A stretch of 48,014 bases of DNA from Myxococcales bacterium (lineage in GTDB: Bacteria; Myxococcota_A; UBA9042), in contig JBBISH010000037.1 of the NCBI GenBank assembly GCA_037441385.1, forward strand, positions 1 to 48,014, given 5' to 3'. Shown here piece by piece: positions 19,398 to 29,461 of the stretch. Numbering within the stretch: the first letter of the stretch is position 1; each line of letters opens with the position of its first letter. Position numbers and translations under genes: made by a program. Below the pieces are notes generated by a model that was given only the letters and a program-made list of their open reading frames with translations, searched no databases and was not told where the DNA came from.

Positions 19398-19904
19398 ATG
19401 CAGCGGTTCTGGATGGGAATGGTGGCCGCCGTGGCCGTATGCGGGCTCGTCGGCTGCGGCGAGGCCAAGAAGGTGACGGAGTGCAAGGCGCTGATCGGGG
19501 CGATCAACCCGCACAGCCAGCAAGTGCGCAAGCTGTCGGATGGTTTGGGGGGCGATGTCTCGCTGGACGCGGGCACCAAGATCCTGACGTCGATGGCGAA
19601 CGAGGTCGAGGCCGGTGCCAACGACGTCAAGAAGCTGACGATCGAGACGCCCGAGCTCAAGAAATTCGCCGACGACTACACCAAGATGTGCGGCGACTCG
19701 TCCAAGGCGTTCAAAGACATGATCACGGCGACGGGCCAAGTTGCCCAGGCCACCAAGCAGGCCGAAGCCAACGACCCGGCTGCTGCCGACACTGCCGCCA
19801 AGGCCAGCACCGCCGCCGCCGCCGCCGAAGCTGCGATGAAGAAGGCGATGGTGCCCGAAGACGCCATCATCGACGGCATCAACAAGTTCTGCGGCGCCGA
19901 GTAG
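19398..19904 (+). CDS. Helical lipoprotein
   Basis: GAGG RBS; GLVGC lipobox; Lys/Ala-rich helices with Cys near both termini. Confidence 0.8.
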   Translation: MQRFWMGMVAAVAVCGLVGCGEAKKVTECKALIGAINPHSQQVRKLSDGLGGDVSLDAGTKILTSMANEVEAGANDVKKLTIETPELKKFADDYTKMCGDSSKAFKDMITATGQVAQATKQAEANDPAAADTAAKASTAAAAAEAAMKKAMVPEDAIIDGINKFCGAE

Positions 19905-20116
19905 CGCTGCCGTCGCCTGGACAGACTAGACCTGAGTAGCGGCAACGACTTGGTCGCTTGCAGCTTGGCCCCAGGCCCGGCTGCGGGCACGGCCACGTCT
20001 CGCCCGTTGCCAAGCGCGCCAGGCAGGCCGATCATGGGCTACCGGGGAGCGGCGGTGTCGGCTGGGTGTCGACACGCGGCGCCGTGCCCCATCGCACAGC
20101 CAGCGCCGAGGTTCGC

Positions 20117-21310
20117 ATGGAGTTCCGCGTTCCGACTGACAGCGAGCGCGCCGCCTTTGGTGCCCTTGCCGCGCACAGTTTTCACTTCGGCGTGGACGAG
20201 ACGCTGCCCTGGTTCGAGCGCGCGGGCCACGACCAGATCCGTACGGTCTGCCTAGGCGGCCAGGTCGCGGCGGGCCTGATCCGCATCCCGATGGGGCAGT
20301 TCTTTGGCAGCCGCGCCGTGTCGATGGTGGGCATCGCCGGGGTGGCCGTAGCGCCCGAGCACCGCGGCCAAGGCGTCGCAACGGCGATGATGATCCGCTG
20401 CATTCAAGAGCTGGCCGCGGAAGGTGTGGCATTGTCTAGCCTTTTTCCGGCCAGTGTACGCTTGTACCGCCAATCGGGCTACGAGGTCGCGGGCCATGTC
20501 TTTGGCCAGACCCTGCCGCTCGCCACCCTGCAACTGCACCGGGCGCCGCCCACCAAGCTCGATCATTTGCGGCTGCGACCTCTACACGCCAGTGATCGGG
20601 CCATCACCGAGGCCCGCAGTCTAGAGCGGCATCGGCAGCGGCACGGCATGCTGCAGCGCGGGCCATACCTGTGGTCGCGCGCGTACTTCCACAAGATGTT
20701 CGGCCACTCGCATGGCGTCGGGGTTTTTGACGGCGACCGGTTGTGCGGCCACGCCTGGTACGGCCAAACGACCGACGCCGACCAACCCGGTCTGGCGCTG
20801 CGCGACGTCTCGGCCGATCACCCTGCCGCGGGAATGAAGCTCTGGCAGCATTTTGCCAGCTATTCCACGATCTTCACTAACTTGCTGCACTATCTACCCC
20901 CCGACGACCCGTGGCTGGGCCTGTTGCCCGAGGCGACCGCGACGGTGCAGCTCAAGACGCCGTGGATGTTGCGCATCGTCGACCTGCCAGCCGCGATGGC
21001 TCAGCGGGGGTGGCCGGCGCTGGCTGCCGCGCAGCTGGGGCTGCAGATCGCCGACGACCCGGCCGGACTGCTGACGGGGAGCTGGCAGCTGGCCGTGCAG
21101 GGCGGTCAAGGCACATGTGCCCGCGCCAGCAACCTGCAAGACGGGCCCACGCTGACCATGGATATCCGCGCGGTGGCTGCGCTTTACACGGGATACCGAT
21201 CCGCGAGTCAGTTGCGGCAGCTGGGCTGGCTGCAGGGCGACGACAATGCGGTGGCGGCGGCTGACGCGCTCTTTGCCGCGCAAGTGCCGGCGATGTCCGA
21301 GATGTTCTGA
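20117..21310 (+). CDS. Eis-family GNAT acetyltransferase with SCP2-like C-terminus
   Basis: GIAGVAVAPEHRGQGVA, LFPASVRLYRQSGYE, MLRIVDL, C-terminal EMF. Confidence 0.9.
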   Translation: MEFRVPTDSERAAFGALAAHSFHFGVDETLPWFERAGHDQIRTVCLGGQVAAGLIRIPMGQFFGSRAVSMVGIAGVAVAPEHRGQGVATAMMIRCIQELAAEGVALSSLFPASVRLYRQSGYEVAGHVFGQTLPLATLQLHRAPPTKLDHLRLRPLHASDRAITEARSLERHRQRHGMLQRGPYLWSRAYFHKMFGHSHGVGVFDGDRLCGHAWYGQTTDADQPGLALRDVSADHPAAGMKLWQHFASYSTIFTNLLHYLPPDDPWLGLLPEATATVQLKTPWMLRIVDLPAAMAQRGWPALAAAQLGLQIADDPAGLLTGSWQLAVQGGQGTCARASNLQDGPTLTMDIRAVAALYTGYRSASQLRQLGWLQGDDNAVAAADALFAAQVPAMSEMF

Positions 21311-21367
21311 TCCGCGCGCCGCGAAGGGAACCGCGCCCTAGAATCCGCTGGGGCGCCAAGGAGTACC

Positions 21368-22285
21368 ATGAGGTCCAGCCAAGTCTTTTGCCTCGTCCGC
21401 TGGCTGGTCGCGCTGGCGGGGATCGCCAGTTTGCAAGTTGCGTGCCGTTCGCCCCAACCCGTCGCAAGCTCGGCCCCGACTGCCGATGTCGCCCAGGTCA
21501 ACCCCGACGGCGTCGCCGATGCCGAAGCCGACCCACCCGGCGATGCCGCCGTGGCCGACCAAGGCGCGACCGCTGCCGCCACGGCGGACGCCGACACAGC
21601 CGCGACGGCCGCGGCCCCGCGCGTGCTTTTCGTGGGCAATTCCTACACCTATGTCAACGACTTGCCTGCGATGACCGCTGCCTTTGCCGCCCACGCTGTA
21701 CCGCCGCAAACTTGGGAGGTCGCGAGCTCGACACTGGGCGGCGCCTTCTTGGGCGATCACCTCACCAAGACCGACGCGGTCGCACAAATTGCCAAAGCCA
21801 CCTGGACTTGGGTGGTGCTGCAGGGGCAGTCGCTCGAGCCAGCCGGGACGCCCTCCACGTTCGAAAAGGGGGCGAGCCAGATGTCGGCTCTGGTCCACAA
21901 GACCGCCGCACAGCTCGCTTTCTATACCACGTGGCCGCGCAAGGCTGGCAACGAGGTCTACGCCCAAGCCTTCTCGGGCGGCACGCCCGCCGCCCTGTTC
22001 GCCAAGCTCAAGGCCGAGATGGAGCTAGTGGCGACGCAAAACCAGGGCGTGCGCGTGCCCGTCGGCGACGCGTGGATGGTCGCGCTGCAAGAACAGCCGG
22101 CCATCGAGCTGTACCAAGACGATGGCTCGCATCCCACGATCGCCGGGACCTATTTGGCCGCCTGCGTTCTTGCGGTGCGCCTGGCCGGGGTCGATGCTGC
22201 GACCGTGGACTGGCAGCCCGACGCTCTGCCGGCGGATCAGGCCAAGGCACTCCGCAAGATCTGCGCGGGCGTTGCGCTCCAGTAG
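21368..22285 (+). CDS. SGNH/GDSL-like hydrolase lipoprotein
   Basis: VLFVGNSYT, VVLQGQS, DGSHP motifs; AAGGAG RBS. Confidence 0.88.
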   Translation: MRSSQVFCLVRWLVALAGIASLQVACRSPQPVASSAPTADVAQVNPDGVADAEADPPGDAAVADQGATAAATADADTAATAAAPRVLFVGNSYTYVNDLPAMTAAFAAHAVPPQTWEVASSTLGGAFLGDHLTKTDAVAQIAKATWTWVVLQGQSLEPAGTPSTFEKGASQMSALVHKTAAQLAFYTTWPRKAGNEVYAQAFSGGTPAALFAKLKAEMELVATQNQGVRVPVGDAWMVALQEQPAIELYQDDGSHPTIAGTYLAACVLAVRLAGVDAATVDWQPDALPADQAKALRKICAGVALQ

Positions 22286-22309
22286 CGGCGATTTCTATAG
22301 GTTTGGCAG

Positions 22310-23218
22310 CTACTTCCCAGCCTTGCTGGCTTGCACGCCCAAGGGCGGAACGCCGTTGGTCAGCCAACCGCCCACGCAGCGCAGCTTTTGCGGCCAGAAG
22401 TACAGGCCTTCTTTCTTGGCGGTGATGGCGTAGGTGCCGGGCGTGGCGCCCGCGTAGATCACCCCGCCGTCGGTCGTGGTCGCGGTCAGCGTCTTGTCGG
22501 GTAGGGTGCTGGTATTGAAGTAGAAGGGACCGTGTTTGCTGGGCAACGGCGGGTCGATAGAGGCCACTGCGCCCGGCTCGCCCGGCGCCCACCAGGTGGC
22601 CTGGTCCGGGCCCATGGCCGTCACGGTGACCACCATGTGGCACTGGCTTGGGTCGTAGGCGTTGAATCCCACCACTGCGGCCAGATACGTGGCGATGACC
22701 TTGGTCACGACCTGGAAGTTCACGTCGGTGACGTCTTTGTCGCCCACCGCGATGACCGGCGACAGGCTGGGGTAGTAGTCCGGGTGGACTACGGCGATGG
22801 TGAATTCCGCACCCTCGGCCAGACCAGAAAACGTGAAGCTGCCGTCCGCGGCGATTGGCTGCTTGATATCTGGAAATTCAAGGAGATAGGCGGTCGCGCC
22901 AGTCACGTCCTTTTGCAGTTGGATGGCGCCGACCGCCTCGGCTTTGAAGAAGTAGGCGCCGCCGCTGATCTTTCGGTTACCGGGGACCCACACCGGCGCA
23001 GCGTCGGCGTCCAGGCCGCCCGCCTCGGCTGTCGCGGCGTCGACCGGCGTGGCCTCCGCGGCGTCGAGCACTGCCACGTCCACAGCGGCCGAATCCAACG
23101 GCGACGCGCCGTCTTGGCCGGCGTCCTTCAACAAGGGGGATTGGCTTGGGCCAACGGGCTCACCGCAACCGGCTGTCGCCAGAAGAAATGCTAGGAGGAT
23201 TGGGGCGCTGCGCAGCAT
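22310..23218 (-). CDS. Lipoprotein with carboxypeptidase-regulatory-like beta domains
   Basis: ATAGC lipobox; ADGSFTFSGL, TPGTYAITAKK. Confidence 0.75.
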   Translation of the reverse strand: MLRSAPILLAFLLATAGCGEPVGPSQSPLLKDAGQDGASPLDSAAVDVAVLDAAEATPVDAATAEAGGLDADAAPVWVPGNRKISGGAYFFKAEAVGAIQLQKDVTGATAYLLEFPDIKQPIAADGSFTFSGLAEGAEFTIAVVHPDYYPSLSPVIAVGDKDVTDVNFQVVTKVIATYLAAVVGFNAYDPSQCHMVVTVTAMGPDQATWWAPGEPGAVASIDPPLPSKHGPFYFNTSTLPDKTLTATTTDGGVIYAGATPGTYAITAKKEGLYFWPQKLRCVGGWLTNGVPPLGVQASKAGK

Positions 23219-23459
23219 GTCCAGCTCGCCAGTCGGGCGCCATCGTGGCGCTCGGCAGCAGCGTGACCGGTTGAGCCAAGCTTTTCAAGCGCGGCGCCGC
23301 AGCCAGTTGACGCCACTGGCCGGCGCAGTCTAGCTCGATCCGGGGTCGCCGAACCCTGGGGCTGCGGAGCGGATTCTTGGGCGCCGCGAGGCACTGGACA
23401 TCTTGGACCAGAAGAGGCAAATCGCTGGCATGCCGCGATCCATCCGGCTTGGTGCAACC

Positions 23460-23957
23460 ATGGACCCGCAGAACCGTCCGCGCAACCTCCCCATCAAGCC
23501 GGTGCGGGACACGTCGGCGCTGGTGCTCTTTGCCGCCATCGGTTTATTCGTCGCGGGGGTGCCGGCGGGCATCTTTGCGCTTTTCTACCTTGGCCAGTGG
23601 CCCTGGCGTGACCGAGCCACAACGGTTCTGGAGCAAATGCGCACCCAACAGCCCATGCCGCGGTCGCCGCTGGTGCGCTGGGACGGCAAGTACCAACCGC
23701 CCGACCGCGACCCCGAGTGGGACGAGGCCGTGGCAGCCGTGCGCGCGGCGCGCGACTACAAGATCGACTCGTTCAACCAAAACGGCCGCGGCATCGCTTG
23801 CATGGGGGCAGACTTGCACGGTCCCGCCGGCACGCAGCACATCGAGTTCGTGGTCGCCATCGGCGATCCGCCCGGGGTCAGCGAGGCCAGCATCCGCCGC
23901 GGCTGCACCTGCGAAGGCCGCAACAAGAAGACCCGCTGCTACCTCAAGGGCGGTTGA
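23460..23957 (+). CDS. Hypothetical single-pass membrane protein
   Basis: One TM segment, Cys-containing C-terminus, coding-like codon usage. Confidence 0.6.
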   Translation: MDPQNRPRNLPIKPVRDTSALVLFAAIGLFVAGVPAGIFALFYLGQWPWRDRATTVLEQMRTQQPMPRSPLVRWDGKYQPPDRDPEWDEAVAAVRAARDYKIDSFNQNGRGIACMGADLHGPAGTQHIEFVVAIGDPPGVSEASIRRGCTCEGRNKKTRCYLKGG

Positions 23958-24028
23958 AACAGGCGGTTGTACAACCCCGGACGCCCGCGTAGGCTTGCAG
24001 CAGCGGACGACCCGCCCGGCAGGACCGC

Positions 24029-26119
24029 ATGGCCAATCGCACCACCACGTGGATTACGGCGGTTGCCATCGGCGCGGTGGTGGGCCTGACGGCCTGGGCC
24101 GCCAGCACGACGCGCCTGGGGCGCGACTTGGAAGCCCGCAGTTGGGACTGGCGCGTGCGGCTGTTGACGCCCGAGCGCGCGACGGCCGACACGGTGGTGG
24201 TCGCCCTGGACGAAGCGAGCCTGCGCTGGCTCAACCGGGACCAGCATATTCCGTGGCCGCTGCCCCGGGATGCGTGGTGTCCGCTGCTGGCTGAACTGCA
24301 GGCTTGTGGCGCGCGGGCGGTGGTCTTCGACTTCCAGTTCGTAGAAGAAACCGAGTACGACGACGGTTTTGCGCAGTGTCTGCGCGACACCGGCAAGACC
24401 GCGGTGGGCTGGCACTGCATGGGCGACGCGCCCGGCGAACTGCCGCCGTGGGGAGTGCCCAGCGCGAGGCAGGGCAAGCCGCGAACTTGTCTACCCATTA
24501 CTCCGGTGGCCAGCGTGGCCGGCGCGGTGCGGTGGGGCGGGCTGGTCGACATGGAGCCGGACCCCGACGGCGTGGTGCGCAAGTCGACTCCGCTGCGGCC
24601 CCTGACTGACAAGCAGGCGTATCCGTCGTTGGGTCTGGTGGCCGCGATGTTGGCGACCGGGGCGACGCCGACCTTGAGCGAAGGCGCGATCCACTTGGCG
24701 GATCGGCAGTTGCCGCTGGACGGCGACGGCCGGGTGCTGCTGCCTTGGCGGCGGCCGGGCAACGAGGTCCCGGTCATCCCGGTCAAAGCTGTGTATGCCG
24801 GGGGGCTGGCGCGGCAACAGGGCCTGACGGACCCGTTTGACGCGGCACGCGTGCGCGACAAAGTGGTGTTCGTGGCCGGAACCGCGGCCGGCACGTACGA
24901 ATTCCGGGTGACACCCGTGGCCGAAGGCGTGCCCGGCGTGTTCGTTCACACCGCCCTGTACGAAGCGCTGCGCAGCGGCCCCGCTCAACGCGAACTGCCT
25001 GCGCCGCTGGCGTTTTTGGCGACCCTTTTGCTGGCCGTGGCCATCGCCGCCTCGGTGGTGGCGCTGGACGGCGCCCGCACCCAACTGCTGGTGGCGCTGG
25101 CGTGGCTGGCGCTGTACCTGTTGGCCATCGGGCTGGGTTATCGCCAGGCTGGCCTGTGGCTGCCCTTGTTGGCGCCGTTGCTGGCAGGTTTGCTAGCGTT
25201 TGCCGCCGGTTCTGTGACCCAGTACCGCTGGGTCGGCCGCGAGCGCCGCACCATTCGGACCGCCTTTGCCCAGTACCTGGCGCCGGCGGTCATCGAGGAA
25301 CTGGTCCGCAATCCAGAGGCCTTGCGCTTGGGCGGGACACGCCGCGAGATCACGGCGTTCTTCTCGGATATTCGCGGCTTTACTACCATCAGCGAGAAAT
25401 TGGACCCGGCCGAGCTGGTGGCGCTCTTGAACGAGTGCCTGGGCGCCATGACCGACCTGCTGCTGGACGAGGGCGGCACCATCGACAAGTACATTGGCGA
25501 CGCCATCGTGGCGATGTTTGGCGCGCCACTTCCATTGGAGAATCACGCACTACACGCTGCGCGGTCGGCCATCCGTTGCCAAGAGATGTTGGCCAAGCAA
25601 CGGCCGATTTGGCAGGCGCGCGGGCTGCCCGAGCTGCACGTGCGCATCGGCCTGAACACCGGCATGGCGCTGGTGGGCAACATGGGATCGCAGAAACGCT
25701 TTGACTACACCATGATCGGTGACACAGTGAACCTGGCGGCCCGCTTGGAAGGCACGGCGGGCCACTACGGCGTGCCCATTCTGATCTCAGAGGCCGTGGC
25801 CGAGCGGGTGCGCGACGTGCTGCTGGTCCGCGAGCTGGATGCCGTGCAGGTCAAGGGCAAGAAGGTGGCTGTGCGGGTTTTTGAGCTGATGGGCGAACTT
25901 GCGACCGCCACGCCCGAGCAGAAACAGCGAGTCGCCACGTGGTTGGCTGGGCTGGCGGCTTACCGCGAGCAGCGCTGGGACGACGCCGAGGCCCACTGGC
26001 AGCCCTTGGCCGCCGCGAACGACGGTCCTGCCACCACCCTGTTGGCGCGCATCCCACATTTGCGCCGCCAGCCGCCGGCCGCGGATTGGGGTGGCGTGTT
26101 CGAGATGACCAGCAAATAG
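24029..26119 (+). CDS. CHASE2-domain class III adenylate cyclase
   Basis: CHASE2 motifs (VVALDE, DPDGVVR, PGVFVH), 3 TM, FFSDIRGFT, IDKYIGDA, YTMIGDTVNLAARLE. Confidence 0.93.
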   Translation: MANRTTTWITAVAIGAVVGLTAWAASTTRLGRDLEARSWDWRVRLLTPERATADTVVVALDEASLRWLNRDQHIPWPLPRDAWCPLLAELQACGARAVVFDFQFVEETEYDDGFAQCLRDTGKTAVGWHCMGDAPGELPPWGVPSARQGKPRTCLPITPVASVAGAVRWGGLVDMEPDPDGVVRKSTPLRPLTDKQAYPSLGLVAAMLATGATPTLSEGAIHLADRQLPLDGDGRVLLPWRRPGNEVPVIPVKAVYAGGLARQQGLTDPFDAARVRDKVVFVAGTAAGTYEFRVTPVAEGVPGVFVHTALYEALRSGPAQRELPAPLAFLATLLLAVAIAASVVALDGARTQLLVALAWLALYLLAIGLGYRQAGLWLPLLAPLLAGLLAFAAGSVTQYRWVGRERRTIRTAFAQYLAPAVIEELVRNPEALRLGGTRREITAFFSDIRGFTTISEKLDPAELVALLNECLGAMTDLLLDEGGTIDKYIGDAIVAMFGAPLPLENHALHAARSAIRCQEMLAKQRPIWQARGLPELHVRIGLNTGMALVGNMGSQKRFDYTMIGDTVNLAARLEGTAGHYGVPILISEAVAERVRDVLLVRELDAVQVKGKKVAVRVFELMGELATATPEQKQRVATWLAGLAAYREQRWDDAEAHWQPLAAANDGPATTLLARIPHLRRQPPAADWGGVFEMTSK

Positions 26120-26186
26120 ACGCAGTTGTGTGTGCTTGCCGTCAGCCGTCGGCGAGCCTAGCATTTGCTGCAAAGGGGGAAGTGGC

Positions 26187-26807
26187 ATGGCCGATCTCAA
26201 TCCAAACCTGTCCGCAGCGCGGCGAGGCCTGTGGGGCTTGGCCCTGGCCAGCTTCCTGGTCGCGGCGCCGGCCTGGGCTGACAAAACCGTTTACGTAAAC
26301 ACGCGTTACGCTAAACTGCGCGATGGCAAGACCTCGGCCAGCAAAGAGCTGGTCAAGCTGGCCTACGGCGAGGCCGTGACCGTGCAGGCCGACGAGGGCG
26401 CTTTTCTCCGCGTTTCCACCGCCGCCAAAATCACAGGCTACCTGGGCAAGCAGTGGGTCGCCGACAGCCTGCCGTCGCGCAACCAAACGGCCGAGGGCTT
26501 GGGCGAGGCGGCCCGCGCCGGGACCGGCGGAGTGTCCTACACCGCGGGGGCGCGCGGATTGTCCAGCGAAGCCGAAGAGTACGCCTCGTCCAAGGCCGAC
26601 GCCGCCACCGCCATCGCTGCCGTCAAGCAAATGGAGGCCTTTGCCATCAGCGACGACGAGCTGGATACCTTCTTGAAGACCGGGCACTTGGGCGAGTACC
26701 GCTACTTGGTGCGCGCCTGCCCGCGTCCCGAGCAGTTGGTCTCGTCCGCGCAGGCCGTGAATCTTCAGGCCCTGAACGCCAAGGTGCGCAGCAGGGGGCT
26801 CCGATGA
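26187..26807 (+). CDS. Secreted SH3-domain protein
   Basis: Signal peptide AWA; AKLRDG...LAYGEAVTV...FLRV...GYL; TAGARGL motif. Confidence 0.75.
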   Translation: MADLNPNLSAARRGLWGLALASFLVAAPAWADKTVYVNTRYAKLRDGKTSASKELVKLAYGEAVTVQADEGAFLRVSTAAKITGYLGKQWVADSLPSRNQTAEGLGEAARAGTGGVSYTAGARGLSSEAEEYASSKADAATAIAAVKQMEAFAISDDELDTFLKTGHLGEYRYLVRACPRPEQLVSSAQAVNLQALNAKVRSRGLR

Positions 26808-27616
26808 TAAGGATTGTCAAGGCCTTGTGGGTCGCAGCCCTGCTCGCCACAGCGGGCTGTAGCATCCTGCCGTTCTCTGTCGACACCATGTCCCTGGTGC
26901 GGGCTGGCGGTGCGCAACTGCCCGTCAGTCCAGAGGAAGAAGTGTCGTTTGGCGGCGCCATCGCCGTAATGATCGTCCAGAAGTACGGCGGCATCGACCC
27001 CAACCCGGCGTGGAACCAATACGTCAACTTGGTCGGTCAAAGCGTGGCGATGCACAGCGCGCGCCCTGGGCTCGCCTACCACTTTGCGGTGCTGGCCAGC
27101 GACGACGTCAACGCGATGTCGGCGCCAGGTGGCTACGTCTTTGTGACGCGCGGTGCGCTGAAAGCCTGCAAGAACGAAGCGGAACTTGCCGGCATTCTGG
27201 CGCATGAAGTGGGCCATGTTGCCGCCGGTCATGGCCGGCGCATCCTGCAGAACCTGAAAAGCGCGGCCGCCGCGTCGGAAAGTGTGCAGGTCGCGGGTGC
27301 CAGCGGCGCGGTGTTCAAGGCCAGTCTAGACAAGTTCTTGACGGACTACCTGAGCCGCGGTTTGCCCCACGACGACGAATTCGAAGCCGACCGGATGGGC
27401 ACCGAAGTGGCGGCGCGAGTGGGCTGGCGCAGCGGCGGCCTGCAGGACTTCTTGCAGCGCATGGGCGAAAAGCCGACCAAGTCCGACCAGTTCTTTGCCA
27501 CGCATCCGGACACGGCCGAGCGCGTCAAGCGCCTGGGCGAAGTGCTGGCGCCGCTGGGCCGCGACAAGGGCGAGACCCTGGAAGCCCGCTTCACTGCTGC
27601 GGTCGCCGGTCCGTAG
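26804..27616 (+). CDS. M48-family zinc metallopeptidase lipoprotein
   Basis: ATGA overlap with the SH3 gene; NAMSAPGG, LAHEVGH, EFEAD, FFATHP. Confidence 0.9.
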   Translation: MIRIVKALWVAALLATAGCSILPFSVDTMSLVRAGGAQLPVSPEEEVSFGGAIAVMIVQKYGGIDPNPAWNQYVNLVGQSVAMHSARPGLAYHFAVLASDDVNAMSAPGGYVFVTRGALKACKNEAELAGILAHEVGHVAAGHGRRILQNLKSAAAASESVQVAGASGAVFKASLDKFLTDYLSRGLPHDDEFEADRMGTEVAARVGWRSGGLQDFLQRMGEKPTKSDQFFATHPDTAERVKRLGEVLAPLGRDKGETLEARFTAAVAGP

Positions 27617-27634
27617 CGCCGTGGGGGGACTCGC

Positions 27635-28084
27635 ATGACGCCGCGCCGCACGCTCGAACTGGTTCTGGCTGTCTATACCTTTCTTTACGTGGTCTTTGGC
27701 CTCGTCGTCCTGTTTGGCGAGACGCACGTGTACGCGCTGTTGGACGCCCAGCAGGCCCTGCTGGGCCTGGGGCATCCCAGTGGGGGCGCACCGCCGGTGG
27801 CGCTGTGGAAGTATGTGGCTTTGGGGCTGATCTTGGTGCTGGCCTTGTTCAGCCTGTGGTCGTGGCGCGATGTCGAGCGCGGTCGGCCGCTGTTGCACCT
27901 GATGATCTACGCCAAGTTCTTTTCGGGCGCGCTGATGGTCGGGCACTTTGTCTTGGCGGGCGGCCAGACGGCGTTTTTGTTGGGTGGGCTGTCCGACCTC
28001 GCCATGGGCGCTGGGGTGTGGCTGCCCCTTGTGCGGGTGTTCCCCAGCACGAATCGTGACTTGCTCAGTCTGCGCATGCCCTGA
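27635..28084 (+). CDS. Four-TM membrane protein
   Basis: Four hydrophobic segments; follows the M48 gene closely. Confidence 0.7.
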   Translation: MTPRRTLELVLAVYTFLYVVFGLVVLFGETHVYALLDAQQALLGLGHPSGGAPPVALWKYVALGLILVLALFSLWSWRDVERGRPLLHLMIYAKFFSGALMVGHFVLAGGQTAFLLGGLSDLAMGAGVWLPLVRVFPSTNRDLLSLRMP

Positions 28085-28130
28085 GTGCTCGGACGCGGCG
28101 CGGTTCCAACCTGCACAGCCCACACGCCCG

Positions 28131-28742
28131 CTACGGTCCCTGGCAGTAGCCGGCGGCGTTGCACGAGCTGGGCGGCGTGCCCATGCCCGGCTTGGGGCAG
28201 TCCATTTGCGTGCTGCACGCGGGCCGGCACACCTTGCTGCCATCGCCCAGGGTCGCGCAGGTGCAGCCTTTGCTGGCCACGGCGGTGCACGCCAGGTCGG
28301 CTTTGCAGTCGGCCGTGGACTCGCATTTACCTGTAGTTGCAGCGACTTCCGCGGTGGATCGGCAAGTGCCGTTGGTCTGGCAAGTGCGCTTGTTGCCGCA
28401 GGCGAAGCCCGCGTTGCAGTCGGGTAGGCACGCCCCCACCGCCGTGTCGCACACGTAGCCGCTGCGGCAGTCGCTGCTGGCGGTGCACGTCGCCAGGCAG
28501 TAGCTCGCGCTGTCCAGGGCGACGCACGTGCCGCCGTCGCAGGTGCTGCCGCTGCAGGTCGCGCTGCAGGTGCCGCCCGTCCAGCCCGTTGCGCTGCCGT
28601 ACATGGTCGCGAGCAGGCACAGGTTGCTGGCGCAGTCGCTGCGGTCGCTGCATGCCGAGCCGACGGCGCCGCTGCCGGTGCTGGCGCACGCTGCCGCCGC
28701 GAACGCCAGGACGGTCAGTGCGAACGTGGTCGGCGCCCTCAC
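28131..28742 (-). CDS. Cys-rich lipoprotein
   Basis: GTGA overlap with the TPR gene; AAAAC lipobox; CxxxxDC repeats. Confidence 0.8.
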   Translation of the reverse strand: MRAPTTFALTVLAFAAAACASTGSGAVGSACSDRSDCASNLCLLATMYGSATGWTGGTCSATCSGSTCDGGTCVALDSASYCLATCTASSDCRSGYVCDTAVGACLPDCNAGFACGNKRTCQTNGTCRSTAEVAATTGKCESTADCKADLACTAVASKGCTCATLGDGSKVCRPACSTQMDCPKPGMGTPPSSCNAAGYCQGP

Positions 28743-29395
28743 TTCAGGGCCTCCAAGCCCGCCTTGGCGCTGGCATTTTGCCGACTGACGCTCAGGACTT
28801 CGGCAAAAGTCGCGCGGGCGTCGTCGCGGCGGCCCAGGCGCAGCAGCGTCCAGCCCAGGCCCAACTGCATCTCCAGATCGCCCGGGTAGTCTTCGAGCAC
28901 CTGCCGATACAGCGCTTCGGCCTCTTTGAACTTGCCTTGCGAGAAGGCGATGTAGGCCAGGCGACTACTTGCCAAGTAGTTGCGCGGCGCCACGGTCAGG
29001 ACCGCCCGCCCCACCCGCTCGGCCGACGCCCACTTCTTGGCGGCCATGAGCGGCAGCATCATGCCCAGCTGCGGCTCCAGCGCCCGCGGCGCCAGCTCGG
29101 CGGCCTTGGTATAGGCGGCGATGGACTCGTCGTAGCGCTGTTTTTGGTAGCTGAGCCACCCCAGGCGCAAGTTCGCCACGTAGTGCTGCGGCGCCAACTG
29201 CAGGATCTGCTGCACATCGGCCAGGGCCTTGGGATAGTTGTTGGTTGCCTCGTGCGAGAACGAACTCTCGAACAACTCGGCAATTCGCGCCCGTTGCGCG
29301 GCGGCGCCGGCATCCTCGGCGTGGCTGCGCGGCGACAGCCCCGCCACGGCCGCCAGCGCCAGCACCACTACGATGACCATCGTCCCTCGCTTCAT
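28739..29395 (-). CDS. Periplasmic tetratricopeptide repeat protein
   Basis: GGAGG RBS, signal peptide, TPR units (ANLRLGWLSY...AYTKAAELAP). Confidence 0.88.
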   Translation of the reverse strand: MKRGTMVIVVVLALAAVAGLSPRSHAEDAGAAAQRARIAELFESSFSHEATNNYPKALADVQQILQLAPQHYVANLRLGWLSYQKQRYDESIAAYTKAAELAPRALEPQLGMMLPLMAAKKWASAERVGRAVLTVAPRNYLASSRLAYIAFSQGKFKEAEALYRQVLEDYPGDLEMQLGLGWTLLRLGRRDDARATFAEVLSVSRQNASAKAGLEALK

Positions 29396-29461
29396 TAGAA
29401 CCTCCTTGTCTCTCAACGAGTTGCGGCCTCGGGCTTTGCTCCGGGCCGGCTGGGTGTCTCT

